DNA from: Minisyncoccota bacterium
GTDB taxonomy: Bacteria > Patescibacteriota > Minisyncoccia > Phycocordibacterales > UBA9973
Direction of reading: 5' to 3'
Assembly (NCBI GenBank): GCA_036517375.1
Contig: DATDWM010000017.1
Coordinates: 3,208 to 67,207, forward strand
Length of the DNA: 64,000 nt
How positions within the stretch are numbered: position 1 is the first letter of the stretch; every line of letters starts with the position of its first letter. A model generated the notes under the pieces. That model was not told the DNA's origin. It worked only from the letters and a program-made list of their open reading frames with translations, and ran no database searches. A program made the translations under genes and the position numbers. Below, one piece after another: positions 9,489 to 18,761 of the stretch.

Positions 9489-10292
9489 TTATTTTATTGC
9501 TAAAATTTGACGAATTATATTTTTGGTTTCTTCAGGATTTTTAACTGTCATATAGTCCACTCCAGTTTTAATAACCGGATAATCATTACCACCTGGAAAC
9601 ATTGCGTCACCTATAAAAAGCATTTTGTTTACCGGTACTTTTAAGTATTTTTTAAATTGCCGAATACCAAATGCTTTATCAATTCCCTTTTTCGTTACAT
9701 CAATAGTAGTGAACCCAGCTGCGCGCACTTCTAAGTTAGGAAGTTTCTTCTGAACCTCTCTGGTAATTTTCATTTTTGTTTTTAAATTATTTTTTAACCA
9801 CTCTTCTTTCATTTTGACACCCTTGTCACCCAAAACACGCACTATATCCTGCCCGTATACCGAAAAGGCCATCTGGGAGCCTCCCCTGTTTTCAATGAGT
9901 TCCCCATAAGTTTTCTTTGGATGTTGATACCCTATTTCTTTAAAAACTTCATAGAAGGCTTTCCTGATTTGAGAAATTTCAAAAGGGGTTAAAGATAAAG
10001 AGTAAACTCTCTTCCATCCACGCTCGTATTTATAAAAAGCGGTAGCGGTAGTTGGAAATAGAAAAAGATTTTTCAGAGATTCTTTGGAACATTTAAGTTG
10101 CCGTACGAGTAACTCCTGGAAAACTGAGTACTTTCCACCACCAATTACAACCACTCTTTTAACTAAAAGAAGTCTTGCTACTAATTCGGACATCTCGACA
10201 TCCATGGGTGACTTTGTCCGGACTAGCGTCCCATCTAAATCAAACACAATCAAATCTTTACTTCCAATATTTTTTAAATTTAAAATTTTCAT
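9489..10292 (-). CDS. HAD-superfamily hydrolase (IIB-like phosphatase); start set at internal MKILNLKN
   Basis: FDLDGTL motif I, C-terminal GDAMFPGGNDYP motif; upstream in-frame extension overlaps next gene so later start preferred. Confidence 0.55.
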   Translation of the reverse strand: MKILNLKNIGSKDLIVFDLDGTLVRTKSPMDVEMSELVARLLLVKRVVVIGGGKYSVFQELLVRQLKCSKESLKNLFLFPTTATAFYKYERGWKRVYSLSLTPFEISQIRKAFYEVFKEIGYQHPKKTYGELIENRGGSQMAFSVYGQDIVRVLGDKGVKMKEEWLKNNLKTKMKITREVQKKLPNLEVRAAGFTTIDVTKKGIDKAFGIRQFKKYLKVPVNKMLFIGDAMFPGGNDYPVIKTGVDYMTVKNPEETKNIIRQILAIK

Positions 10293-10293
10293 T

Positions 10294-10794
10294 TTAGCGT
10301 TTCTTTTTATTGTGATTTTCCTTGGAATATTCTTTAAGGAGTAGTGAGGAACTGCGTACCTTACCTCCATGCCCCACATTGAAAGCCATTTTGATACCTA
10401 AATTTTGGCACAATTCATATTCGGGAATATTGTCTGCAAATCTGTCCCCACCGTTAGCAAAGATGTAAGGTTTCACTTTCATTAACTCCTTACAAACACT
10501 TATATCTTTCGTGTCTTTACTATGCCCGGTGATTACTACTTCGTCCACGCAGGCCAGAGCCTCTAGAATTTCCTTACGCTCGGTTGCCGGCATAAAGACA
10601 GACTTACCCTTAACTCGGAACCAATGATCATTGTTTAAAATTATTACCAGCTTGTCACCCAAAGCCTTAGCTGCCTGAAAGAGTCGCACATGCCCGATGT
10701 GCACCGGGTCAAAACCGCCAGACACTGCCACCACCTTACTCCCTTTTACTCTATTGATTCTCTTAGTTCTCTTGATTTTAGTTGTTTTCTTCAT
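10294..10794 (-). CDS. RfaE domain II-like adenylyl/cytidylyltransferase
   Basis: SGGFDPVHIGH motif and similarity of layout to HldE C-terminal domain; 166 aa. Confidence 0.6.
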   Translation of the reverse strand: MKKTTKIKRTKRINRVKGSKVVAVSGGFDPVHIGHVRLFQAAKALGDKLVIILNNDHWFRVKGKSVFMPATERKEILEALACVDEVVITGHSKDTKDISVCKELMKVKPYIFANGGDRFADNIPEYELCQNLGIKMAFNVGHGGKVRSSSLLLKEYSKENHNKKKR

Positions 10795-10849
10795 AAATAA
10801 CCGACTATTTAGTATCCAAATTGTAGCAAATTTATGCTAAAATTGTAAT

Positions 10850-11515
10850 ATGGTGAAAAAGATAATCTACTTTGTACGACACGGGGAAACAGATCGTAAT
10901 GCCGAAGGCATTAGGCAGGGAGCAGAAGGACCCCTGAGCGAAAAAGGTCGTACTCAAGCCTCTCAAACAGCCAAAAAATTTCCAAAATATAAAGGAAGGC
11001 CAGAAGTGATTATCGCGAGTCCTTATGAACGTACCAAGGAAACTGCAGCCATAATCGGCCAGGAATTATCCATGCAGGTGGAATATTCCGACCTTCTAGT
11101 GGAGCGTAAAAATCCTTCAGAGATAGTGGATCATAAAGGAGAAGAGCGAGAAGTCAGAACAATAGTGGACCGCATTGATAAAAGTTTCCATGATGACAAC
11201 CTTAGATATTCCGACGAAGAAAACTTCACTGACCTTAAAGAAAGGGCTCGAAAATTATTGGAATATATTAAATCTCGCCCTGAGGAGCACATAATCATGG
11301 TAACGCACGGCATCTTTTTAAAGATGGTAGTAAGTTATATGAACTACGGGGACAAATTAACTGCCTCTGAATACAACAAACTCAGCTTTTTTAACCCGAT
11401 CAACAACGCTGGAATGACTATAGTAAAATATATGTCTCATTGGTTTACTAAAGATGAATGGAAGCTCATCACCTGGAACGACAACCTGATTTTAGAAGAA
11501 AAACCAAAAAAATAG
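10850..11515 (+). CDS. Histidine phosphatase family protein (phosphoglycerate mutase-like)
   Basis: RHGETDRN catalytic motif near N-terminus. Confidence 0.7.
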   Translation: MVKKIIYFVRHGETDRNAEGIRQGAEGPLSEKGRTQASQTAKKFPKYKGRPEVIIASPYERTKETAAIIGQELSMQVEYSDLLVERKNPSEIVDHKGEEREVRTIVDRIDKSFHDDNLRYSDEENFTDLKERARKLLEYIKSRPEEHIIMVTHGIFLKMVVSYMNYGDKLTASEYNKLSFFNPINNAGMTIVKYMSHWFTKDEWKLITWNDNLILEEKPKK

Positions 11516-11525
11516 TATGTGCGTG

Positions 11526-11969
11526 CTAGCTAGGCGGATGATCCTTCATTCTTTTCTCTAGATGCACCAGCTTGTCTTCAATGCCCACTAAGGCGTCTTT
11601 GATACTAGAGATAGCGCCTACTTCATTCTTTACTTCGCCTTCTGTTTTTTCAGTCAGTCTTTTTTCACCGCGAAGCCCGGAGAGGATAAGCTCATTACCG
11701 ATGAAGCTCGAAATAAAAGCACCAGTAAAATATAAAATAGTACCTCCAACTAAAAGCGAAAAGGGTCCATCCCACCAAGGAGAGTTAAAAGCATCTGTAC
11801 TAAAATAGTCCTGGCCATAAGTTAAATAAGCATGAATCTGATCCGCGCTATGCCATATCCCCCGCCAGAACAACACAACGCCGATACCCACAATAAATGC
11901 GTAAGTCTTGGGTCGGTGGCTTAAAAATATAGTAATCCTCTGCTCCAATCTAGAAGTGATGCTTTTCAT
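11526..11969 (-). CDS. Hypothetical membrane protein
   Basis: Two predicted TM helices, C-terminal coiled-coil-like region; no recognisable family. Confidence 0.45.
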   Translation of the reverse strand: MKSITSRLEQRITIFLSHRPKTYAFIVGIGVVLFWRGIWHSADQIHAYLTYGQDYFSTDAFNSPWWDGPFSLLVGGTILYFTGAFISSFIGNELILSGLRGEKRLTEKTEGEVKNEVGAISSIKDALVGIEDKLVHLEKRMKDHPPS

Positions 11970-11992
11970 ATTACAAATATATCATACTTTTT

Positions 11993-12030
11993 AGAAATTA
12001 CTATAGTATGACTTGGCCGTAGTGGCACAG
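11993..12030. repeat. Left copy of 38-bp imperfect direct repeat flanking GC-rich insertion
   Basis: tagaaattactatagta exact 17-mer plus 16/21 following bases shared with 12996-13033; reverse complement encodes ...TTAKSYYSNF*. Confidence 0.7.
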
Positions 12031-12184
12031 ACCTACCGCTAGGTCTTGCCTAGCGGAGAAAAAATTTTTATCTTCACTTAAAATCAGATAGTTAAACGAA
12101 ACTCCCCGGATAAATCCGAGGAGAAATGAAAAGAGTTACGAACACCACCGAAGCGATAGTTCCGATTCACCAAGTCCTGAGGAC

Positions 12185-12811
12185 TTACTTACGGACACCA
12201 CCGAAGCGATAGCGCCGACGCCGCTGATAGGCGCACTGGTAAACGTACACCTCGCGCAAGTCGCCGTAGCGGTCGAACGAAGCGTAGCTAGCACTGCCGT
12301 TCTCCGAGAGATCCCACTGGCAACTATTAGGTCTCTCGGCCTTGTCGGCTCCGTTGACAGCACACTGCCAGTAAAAGTCCGGCACGAGATTTCGGAGTCC
12401 GTACTCGCGCGCGAGCTCCGTCGGTGTCGGATCGTAGTCGAGGTCGAAGAACCAGCCCTCGACCTCAACCACACCGTGCCCGGTCTTCGGTGCACGCTCG
12501 AGCACCTTGTCGTCAAGGTAACAGACAATCCGACCCATTGCGTCGAGTGCCTGTCGTTCCGTGCGGGTGTAATCCACCCGCGCCCGACGCGATATCATCT
12601 TCGCACGACGTTCCACGCGAGAGCGAAGACAGTTGAACATCTCCTCCACAAGCGCGTCACCTTCCTCTTCGAGCACCACCTGAACATCAGGGTGTGCGAG
12701 GGTTCCTCCGTCCTCACGGCACTTAGTCATGAACCAATCAGCTGCGCTGCTGGCCTGACCCATGTCCATGGGGACGAAGGAGACGGGGGCAACAACTTTT
12801 TTTTTAGTCAT
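12185..12811 (-). CDS. Hypothetical protein encoded in GC-rich foreign segment
   Basis: Sharp GC/codon-usage shift versus surroundings; AGGAG 9 nt upstream of ATG (MTKKKVVAPV); no recognisable domain. Confidence 0.5.
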   Translation of the reverse strand: MTKKKVVAPVSFVPMDMGQASSAADWFMTKCREDGGTLAHPDVQVVLEEEGDALVEEMFNCLRSRVERRAKMISRRARVDYTRTERQALDAMGRIVCYLDDKVLERAPKTGHGVVEVEGWFFDLDYDPTPTELAREYGLRNLVPDFYWQCAVNGADKAERPNSCQWDLSENGSASYASFDRYGDLREVYVYQCAYQRRRRYRFGGVRK

Positions 12812-12994
12812 CGGCGTCATCTCCTGGTTGTACCAATAGGGCTAAGTCCCTTTCGCCACAGCAGAAAAAATCCTTATCTAAAAGATACTCTCTGCTGTAG
12901 CGAATTTCACAAGTATTTAAAAGAGCATATATTTGCGCATTATACACCTTTTATGCTTAAAGGTCAATATTCTAAATACTCTTTATACTAAAGC

Positions 12995-14182
12995 CTAGAA
13001 ATTACTATAGTAGGATTTGGCGGTGGTGGTACAAATATCCTTATCGTTACCGCCCAATATCTTACAATATTCGAGCGCTTCTTTGTCGGAATGATAATAA
13101 GAAATTATTTCTTTAACTGCCCCGATCACGCAGTTGGTGATGTCATTTGGGTCAGTTGCCATCTCACACATTTCTTTTGTTTTTTGCTTCTCATGATGCG
13201 CTTGGTTGGCCACGTCTCGGCCCATGCTCTGGTTGCAGATATCCCGATACGGCTGCTCTACGGTGGCGCATAAGTCAAAGACTTTTTTATAATTAAATCC
13301 GGTAACCTGGAGCGCGTAAGAAGTCTGCCCTAGGTAACATTGACCTTTATATTTAGTATCCACCGCAGTACAAGGATATAGTGGCTCCGCGGGTTTCAAA
13401 TATTTTACTCCGTTTTTATGATCCGCTACATTGGTACTATCAATGATATTCTGCATGTACACCCCGCCATAACAAGACTCTTGCTCCCAGAAGCCAGTCA
13501 AGCTGTCGCACATTTTAAGTGAATCAAAAAGCTCATCTTTTAAAATTGCCATGATGCCGTGCCCTAGCCCATGCACGCAATTGTAATAATTAAAATTATA
13601 AGTATCTTTACCGGGAATATCAGCGCAGATAGTATTTAATTCTTTGGATAAATTTTCAAGCCCAATGTTCGCGATCATGCCTTCCATAATTCCATGATAA
13701 TATCCGCTCCAACAAAAAGAATCCCCGTTCGCAAATGCTTCGGAAATAGTTTTATAATTCCCTACCGCCTGCCTACCAATGACATGCATAAGCGGATGAC
13801 ACTGGGAGAGTATAGAGGAACTTTCCTGGGAACGTTTCTGTATATCAGCACTCGCAGTAGTCACGCCATAGTCTTTTACTAAAGTTTTATAATGATCTAC
13901 GTAACAGCCGTATAAAGCAGGCGAATTTTCACACAAATCAGCATCGTAAACATAGGGCACACCCTTCGCATTGATGGGATTATCCGCGAGGATCGATCTG
14001 CTTCTGGTTAAATTATTGGTCTCACCCATGGCTCGACTTAATACTTGGCTGTCCGGCTGGAAAACCATCGGGCTCGCATTCTCCTCCCCGGGATTTTGGA
14101 AATATTTCGCATATACTATTCCAAACCCTACCGCGAGCACCAGAAGAGCGATCAGTACTTTTACTATAGTTCCAGTTTTCAT
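12995..14182 (-). CDS. Secreted/anchored Cys-rich repeat protein, hypothetical
   Basis: N-terminal TM/signal segment; repeated Cys-Gly-His containing units (CVHGLGHG, CHPLMHVIG, CYGGVYMQ). Confidence 0.55.
   Translation of the reverse strand: MKTGTIVKVLIALLVLAVGFGIVYAKYFQNPGEENASPMVFQPDSQVLSRAMGETNNLTRSRSILADNPINAKGVPYVYDADLCENSPALYGCYVDHYKTLVKDYGVTTASADIQKRSQESSSILSQCHPLMHVIGRQAVGNYKTISEAFANGDSFCWSGYYHGIMEGMIANIGLENLSKELNTICADIPGKDTYNFNYYNCVHGLGHGIMAILKDELFDSLKMCDSLTGFWEQESCYGGVYMQNIIDSTNVADHKNGVKYLKPAEPLYPCTAVDTKYKGQCYLGQTSYALQVTGFNYKKVFDLCATVEQPYRDICNQSMGRDVANQAHHEKQKTKEMCEMATDPNDITNCVIGAVKEIISYYHSDKEALEYCKILGGNDKDICTTTAKSYYSNF
12996..13033. repeat. Right copy of 38-bp direct repeat (forms true 3' end of downstream gene)
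   Basis: Same 17-mer and similar extension; reverse complement encodes ...TTTAKSYYSNF*. Confidence 0.7.
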
Positions 14183-14252
14183 ATTTGTGTTTTAATAATA
14201 GCATTTTAAAAAACAAATTGAAGTCTAGGTTGTTAATTGATATAATCAGGCT

Positions 14253-14945
14253 ATGGCTTCACGAATAATGGATAAAATCATAGCTTTCGTAAATCCAGTC
14301 AGGTTTAAGGAAGAAACAAGCTACCTGGAAAACATATTAAATGAATATAAGAGCAAACGTCCCAATTACGAAGAGTTCCGCGTAGCCGCCCACAAGACGC
14401 TTGAGGCATTGCTCAAGGAATTTGAGTATAAGTACCAGATTGTCTCTCGTACGAAGACCCATGCCCGCCTAGAGGAGAAACTCTTACGTAAAGCGGAAAA
14501 AGGCACGTATTATCATTCCGTAGAGGAAGTAGAGGACTTGGTGGGAATCCGGGTTATTTTCTATACCGAGAGTGACCGAGAAAAATTCGCTAAACAAATC
14601 AAGGATGAGATAGGTGGCTTTATGAAAATAGAAGAGAGGCAGAATGAAAATGGCTACAAGGCAACGCACATAGTAATGTCCTTCGGCCCAAAAAGAGTAA
14701 AGCTTAGTGAATATAAGCACTTCCATGGCCTCAAGAGTGAAGTACAGATTACTTCCATCCTGCATCATGCCTGGGCAGAAGTGGAACACGACCTCATTTA
14801 CAAAGACATCAACAACTTGAAAAGTCGCGACCCAGCAAAATTCGAACTCATGAAAGAAAAGATGAATAAACTACTAGAAAAATACATCAAAAAAGCCGCT
14901 GAAGAGCTAGAGAATATAATGCGTGACAGTATGGATCCGAAATAA
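14253..14945 (+). CDS. RelA/SpoT-domain protein (small alarmone synthetase-like)
   Basis: VSRTKTHARLEEKL..DLVGIRVIFY..GYKATHIVM..EVQITSILHHAWAEVEHDLIYK pattern of (p)ppGpp synthetase domain. Confidence 0.7.
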   Translation: MASRIMDKIIAFVNPVRFKEETSYLENILNEYKSKRPNYEEFRVAAHKTLEALLKEFEYKYQIVSRTKTHARLEEKLLRKAEKGTYYHSVEEVEDLVGIRVIFYTESDREKFAKQIKDEIGGFMKIEERQNENGYKATHIVMSFGPKRVKLSEYKHFHGLKSEVQITSILHHAWAEVEHDLIYKDINNLKSRDPAKFELMKEKMNKLLEKYIKKAAEELENIMRDSMDPK

Positions 14946-14946
14946 A

Positions 14947-15078
14947 TTATTTAGATCTTTTTCCTTTGCGAGCTCTCTTAGCCGCAAGCATAGCGTGCTT
15001 GATAGCTAGGCGCTTCTTGGTTTTGTGTGAACGTCTTGATTTTTTCTTCGGACTTAAAGTTGTGCTTCGTTTTGCCAT
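14947..15078 (-). CDS. 43-aa highly basic protein, possibly ribosomal protein bL34-like (not in ORF track)
   Basis: MAKRSTTLSPKKKSRRSHKTKKRLAIKHAMLAAKRARKGKRSK; length/composition and KRARKGKR tail resemble bL34. Confidence 0.4.
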   Translation of the reverse strand: MAKRSTTLSPKKKSRRSHKTKKRLAIKHAMLAAKRARKGKRSK

Positions 15079-15149
15079 GATATTTTAATTAAATTTATAA
15101 GCTAAGCCAGTATACCTTAATTCAATGATTTATGGAAGGCCCAGAAGAT

Positions 15150-16922
15150 CTAAGACCTTTCTCCTATCTGCTGGCGCCACATAGCGCTATAGAGTCCCCC
15201 TTTATCCAAGAGCTCAGTGTGTGAGCCATGTTCGGTAATGCTACCTTTTTCTAATACATAAATAGTGTCGGCATGCATGATGGTAGAGAGTCTATGTGCG
15301 ATGAGTATGGTAATGTGAGAACTCTTCGTAGATATTTTTTTGGAAAGATCTTTTATGGTTTTACTTATTTCTTCTTCCGTCAGAGAGTCAAGTGAACTCG
15401 TAGCTTCGTCAAAGATTAAAATATTGGGTTTGCGGAGTAAGGCGCGCGCAATGGATAAACGTTGTTTTTCTCCGCCGGAAACCTTGACCCCACCCTCACC
15501 AATGAGCGTGTCGAGCCCTTTACCCGCCCGTTCCAACAAGTTCTGACATTGGGCTTTATTTAAAGCGTCCATACATTCTGCATCTGTAGCAGTAGGCCGA
15601 ACGAAAAGCAAGTTCTCGCGTATCGTGCCGGCAAAGAGCTGCGTATCTTGGGTCACGAATCCGATCTGCACTCTTAGGTCTTCTTTATTCACAAGTTCGA
15701 AAGGTATATCATTATAATATATTCCCCCCTCTGTGGGCAAATAAAGCCCCACCAATAATTTGACTAGCGAGGTCTTCCCTGAGCCAGAGGGACCCACGAA
15801 AGCAATAGTCTGCCCACGAGTAACATTGTAGGAAATATTTTTAAGAGCCTTCTCACTGCTTGAATCATACTTGAAGGACACATCCTTGAAAGATAGATTT
15901 TCTATTGCGCCAATGTGTTTGGGGTCAGTGGCTACCTTTTCCTTGGGCGTGTTCATTAACTTTTCGAAATTCGCGAGGGAAGCTTCTGCTTCACGATACG
16001 TTCCTATTATGGCGCCAAGTTCTTGCAATGGAGTAAAGATATAAAAAGAGTATATGTAGAGGGAAAAGAATTGCCCGAAAGTAATAGTGCGATTAAAAAT
16101 TAAATATAACAAAAAGAATAAAATACTAGTGCGCAAGAAATTGATCACAGTGCCTTGAATAAAAGAAAGTGACCGTAGATAGCGGAGTTTTTTTAATTCT
16201 AAGATTAAGATCTTCTCGGTGGTGCTGTTTAGGCGTTCTACTTCCTGACCTGCTAGGCCTAGGCTCTTCACAAGCTCAATGTTCCGGAGTGACTCAGTAG
16301 TGGAGCCTGCTAAAGCCGTAGTTTCCGCCACTATCAGTGTCTGAATGTCTTTTATTTTCTTTGAAAGAAGTAGACTCATGCCAGAAATAACGGGAATGGT
16401 TGCAAAAAAAGCTACCGCTACCCCCCAATATATACTAGTGGCATAGATAGCTACAAAAATAAAACCGATTAAAGAAATAAATAGTATATTGACCAGTGCT
16501 GCTATTAACTTTTCTGTATCTTGTCTTACTTTTTGTAATTTACCCAGCGTCTCCCCGCTCCGTTCATCTTCAAAGATGCTATAAGGAAGTGACAGTGAGT
16601 GGGATATACCGTCCCGATACAAGTCCGCCCCTACTCTCTGACTGATACCATTTAGGAAATAGTCTTGGAAATTCTTGGCCACTCGGGATACGAAGGCCAC
16701 CCCCACAATAGCTAGTAGTAGTAGCCCAATCCCTTTGAAAAATTCAGGTTTGGTATACATATCCGGCTTTGTAGCATATTCATCGATAACATGCTGGAAG
16801 ATGTAAGGGTCAAGCAAAGAAAAAGTCTGGTTGATGGTGGCCAGCGTCAGGGTTAAAACACAGAGTTTCCAATATTTCTTTAAATAACTATAAAAAATAC
16901 GCATAAGGCTCCATCTTAGCAC
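15150..16922 (-). CDS. ABC transporter, fused permease/ATPase exporter (MsbA-like)
   Basis: 6 TM N-domain; Walker A GPSGSGKTS, signature LSGGEKQRLSIARAL, Walker B ILIFDEATS. Confidence 0.85.
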   Translation of the reverse strand: MLRWSLMRIFYSYLKKYWKLCVLTLTLATINQTFSLLDPYIFQHVIDEYATKPDMYTKPEFFKGIGLLLLAIVGVAFVSRVAKNFQDYFLNGISQRVGADLYRDGISHSLSLPYSIFEDERSGETLGKLQKVRQDTEKLIAALVNILFISLIGFIFVAIYATSIYWGVAVAFFATIPVISGMSLLLSKKIKDIQTLIVAETTALAGSTTESLRNIELVKSLGLAGQEVERLNSTTEKILILELKKLRYLRSLSFIQGTVINFLRTSILFFLLYLIFNRTITFGQFFSLYIYSFYIFTPLQELGAIIGTYREAEASLANFEKLMNTPKEKVATDPKHIGAIENLSFKDVSFKYDSSSEKALKNISYNVTRGQTIAFVGPSGSGKTSLVKLLVGLYLPTEGGIYYNDIPFELVNKEDLRVQIGFVTQDTQLFAGTIRENLLFVRPTATDAECMDALNKAQCQNLLERAGKGLDTLIGEGGVKVSGGEKQRLSIARALLRKPNILIFDEATSSLDSLTEEEISKTIKDLSKKISTKSSHITILIAHRLSTIMHADTIYVLEKGSITEHGSHTELLDKGGLYSAMWRQQIGERS

Positions 16923-16938
16923 AAAATTCGGAAATTAT

Positions 16939-17688
16939 TTAGGGTGCGGGATACCACTCGAGCTGTATAACTTCAACCTCTTTATTCCCTGCATTTACAA
17001 TTTGTTTGAATTTAGCCACGTCACTGAAACCCTCTGGTGTGCGATAGTGATATGGATAAACTGCGCCAGGCTTGAACGCCAAGACTGCATCCGCAGCTTC
17101 CTCAACGCCCATGGTGTACGGTAAATTCATTGCGACAAAGGCTAGATCAATACCTATTAAATTCCTCATCTCCGGGATGCCTGCGGTGTCGCCAGAGATA
17201 TATACTCTCTTGTCACCTCTCTCCACTACGTAACCATTACCACGGCCCTTCAGGTGATAACTCGTAGGAGACTCTGGTAAATTATACATTGGTATTGCTT
17301 CTATTTTAAAACCAGCATGGTCCAGCACCTCACCATTGTTCATTACTAACACTTGAGGTTTGAGCTCTTCTGGTATTTCGTCCGCTACCGCCTGAGGCGC
17401 CACGATTATTGTCTGTGCTTTTGTGACAGTCTTTAAGGCTTCTACGTCTAAATGATCACCGTGAATATCTGTAAGTAAAATCAAGTCCGGAATAGCTAGA
17501 CCTTCGAACACCTTCGCCTCCCCAACTGGATCAGTATATACCGTCATTCCATCCCAGTTTAAAACCATACTGGCATGGGAAATAGGCACAACGCTCACCT
17601 GGCTCACATTTTCCTCAATTTGATTTTTATTCATTTTAACAAAAAAAATTAAACCTAATACAACTATCACTATAAATATTATTTTCAT
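16939..17688 (-). CDS. Metallo-beta-lactamase-fold hydrolase, secreted
   Basis: Signal peptide; TDIHGDHLD (HxHxDH) motif. Confidence 0.7.
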   Translation of the reverse strand: MKIIFIVIVVLGLIFFVKMNKNQIEENVSQVSVVPISHASMVLNWDGMTVYTDPVGEAKVFEGLAIPDLILLTDIHGDHLDVEALKTVTKAQTIIVAPQAVADEIPEELKPQVLVMNNGEVLDHAGFKIEAIPMYNLPESPTSYHLKGRGNGYVVERGDKRVYISGDTAGIPEMRNLIGIDLAFVAMNLPYTMGVEEAADAVLAFKPGAVYPYHYRTPEGFSDVAKFKQIVNAGNKEVEVIQLEWYPAP

Positions 17689-17782
17689 AGTTTAATTGAG
17701 TAATTAATTGTAATATAGCACTGTATAATTTTAGCATAAAATTTAAAAAGCTATGATCCACAGAATTTGATAGAATATCTGA

Positions 17783-18043
17783 ATGGTAACTAAAAAAGAA
17801 ACTACTCTTTGGGGGGTACATAAAATGCCCGCGGATTTAAAAAAGTCCCTAATGTCTAACAGGGCGGCACAAGCCATATGGGAGGACATCACCCCACTCG
17901 CGCGCAATGAGTGGATCTGCTGGGTTATATCTGGGAAGCGGGCCGAAACGCGAAACATCCGTATAAAGAAAACAATCTCAAAGCTTAAAAGCGGGATGCG
18001 CCGACCGTGCTGCTGGACTGGCTGTATTCATCGCACCTTATAA
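17783..18043 (+). CDS. YdeI/OmpD-associated (OmdA) family protein
   Basis: WEDITPLARNEWICWV...KRAETRNIRIKKTISKL pattern of the family. Confidence 0.6.
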   Translation: MVTKKETTLWGVHKMPADLKKSLMSNRAAQAIWEDITPLARNEWICWVISGKRAETRNIRIKKTISKLKSGMRRPCCWTGCIHRTL

Positions 18044-18103
18044 TAACATCAGTAGTAAAAGATCACTGAAAATATTCCTAAAATAAAAAAAACCTGAAGG
18101 GGG

Positions 18104-18640
18104 TTATTTTTTCTTGTTTAAATCTTTCATCATCTCCGTCCCCCTGTGAAGTTGCACGGCATTAGTATTTTGTGATTGTCCATTGATATCAGACATTTCT
18201 TTTAGTGTTAAGTCCTGCTTATAACGCATAAACATTATCTTTTGATACTTTATTGGAAGTCGACGAATTAAAAGAAGTGCCATCTTGCCGTCTAACTTGT
18301 TTACAAGTTTTGGAATATCGTTTACCATTGGCTCAAAACCTTTTTTCATAAGTGAATCTAAAGATACTGGTTTATGCTTTCTGTATTGGTCTATAATCAG
18401 ATTGTTTAGGATGTGATATAGAAAAGCTTTCATTAGATCTATCTTGCCTCCTTTTACGAGATATTTCCATGTTTTAAGGAATGTATCTTGGACTAGATCT
18501 TCCCCTAGCATGTGGTCGCTGACCTTAAAAAAGGCGCGCTTATTAAGCCCAACCTCATAATCCTTATGAGCTTCAGTCAAAATCGCGTCTATTTTATTAG
18601 TCTGTTCCGGAGTCATTACAATAGTAAGCCGTATGGGCAA
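18104..18640 (-). CDS. ECF-type RNA polymerase sigma factor
   Basis: Region 2 (DLVQDTFLKTWK) and region 4 HTH (LTLKEMSDINGQSQNTNAVQLHRG). Confidence 0.8.
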   Translation of the reverse strand: MPIRLTIVMTPEQTNKIDAILTEAHKDYEVGLNKRAFFKVSDHMLGEDLVQDTFLKTWKYLVKGGKIDLMKAFLYHILNNLIIDQYRKHKPVSLDSLMKKGFEPMVNDIPKLVNKLDGKMALLLIRRLPIKYQKIMFMRYKQDLTLKEMSDINGQSQNTNAVQLHRGTEMMKDLNKKK

Positions 18641-18761
18641 GCATTATATTACAATGGAGTAGAAGGAACCTATATCTGATAGGTCTATCGATTAGATTGA
18701 TTATAGCATGTATTAGAATAAAAAGGGGTTGTAATAGTTTCCATCCTTAAACGGCTTAAGT

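Noticed and set aside
12136-12991. Additional ORFs (130, 70 and 171 aa) within the GC-rich insertion
   Set aside because: They are overlapping alternative frames typical of GC-rich DNA. Only the 12185-12811 frame has an RBS and a plausible start.
18044-18103. Possible shared terminator between convergent YdeI-like and ECF sigma genes
   Set aside because: Only a 4-bp AU-rich stem (AACC/GGTT) flanked by A/T runs, which is too weak to call.
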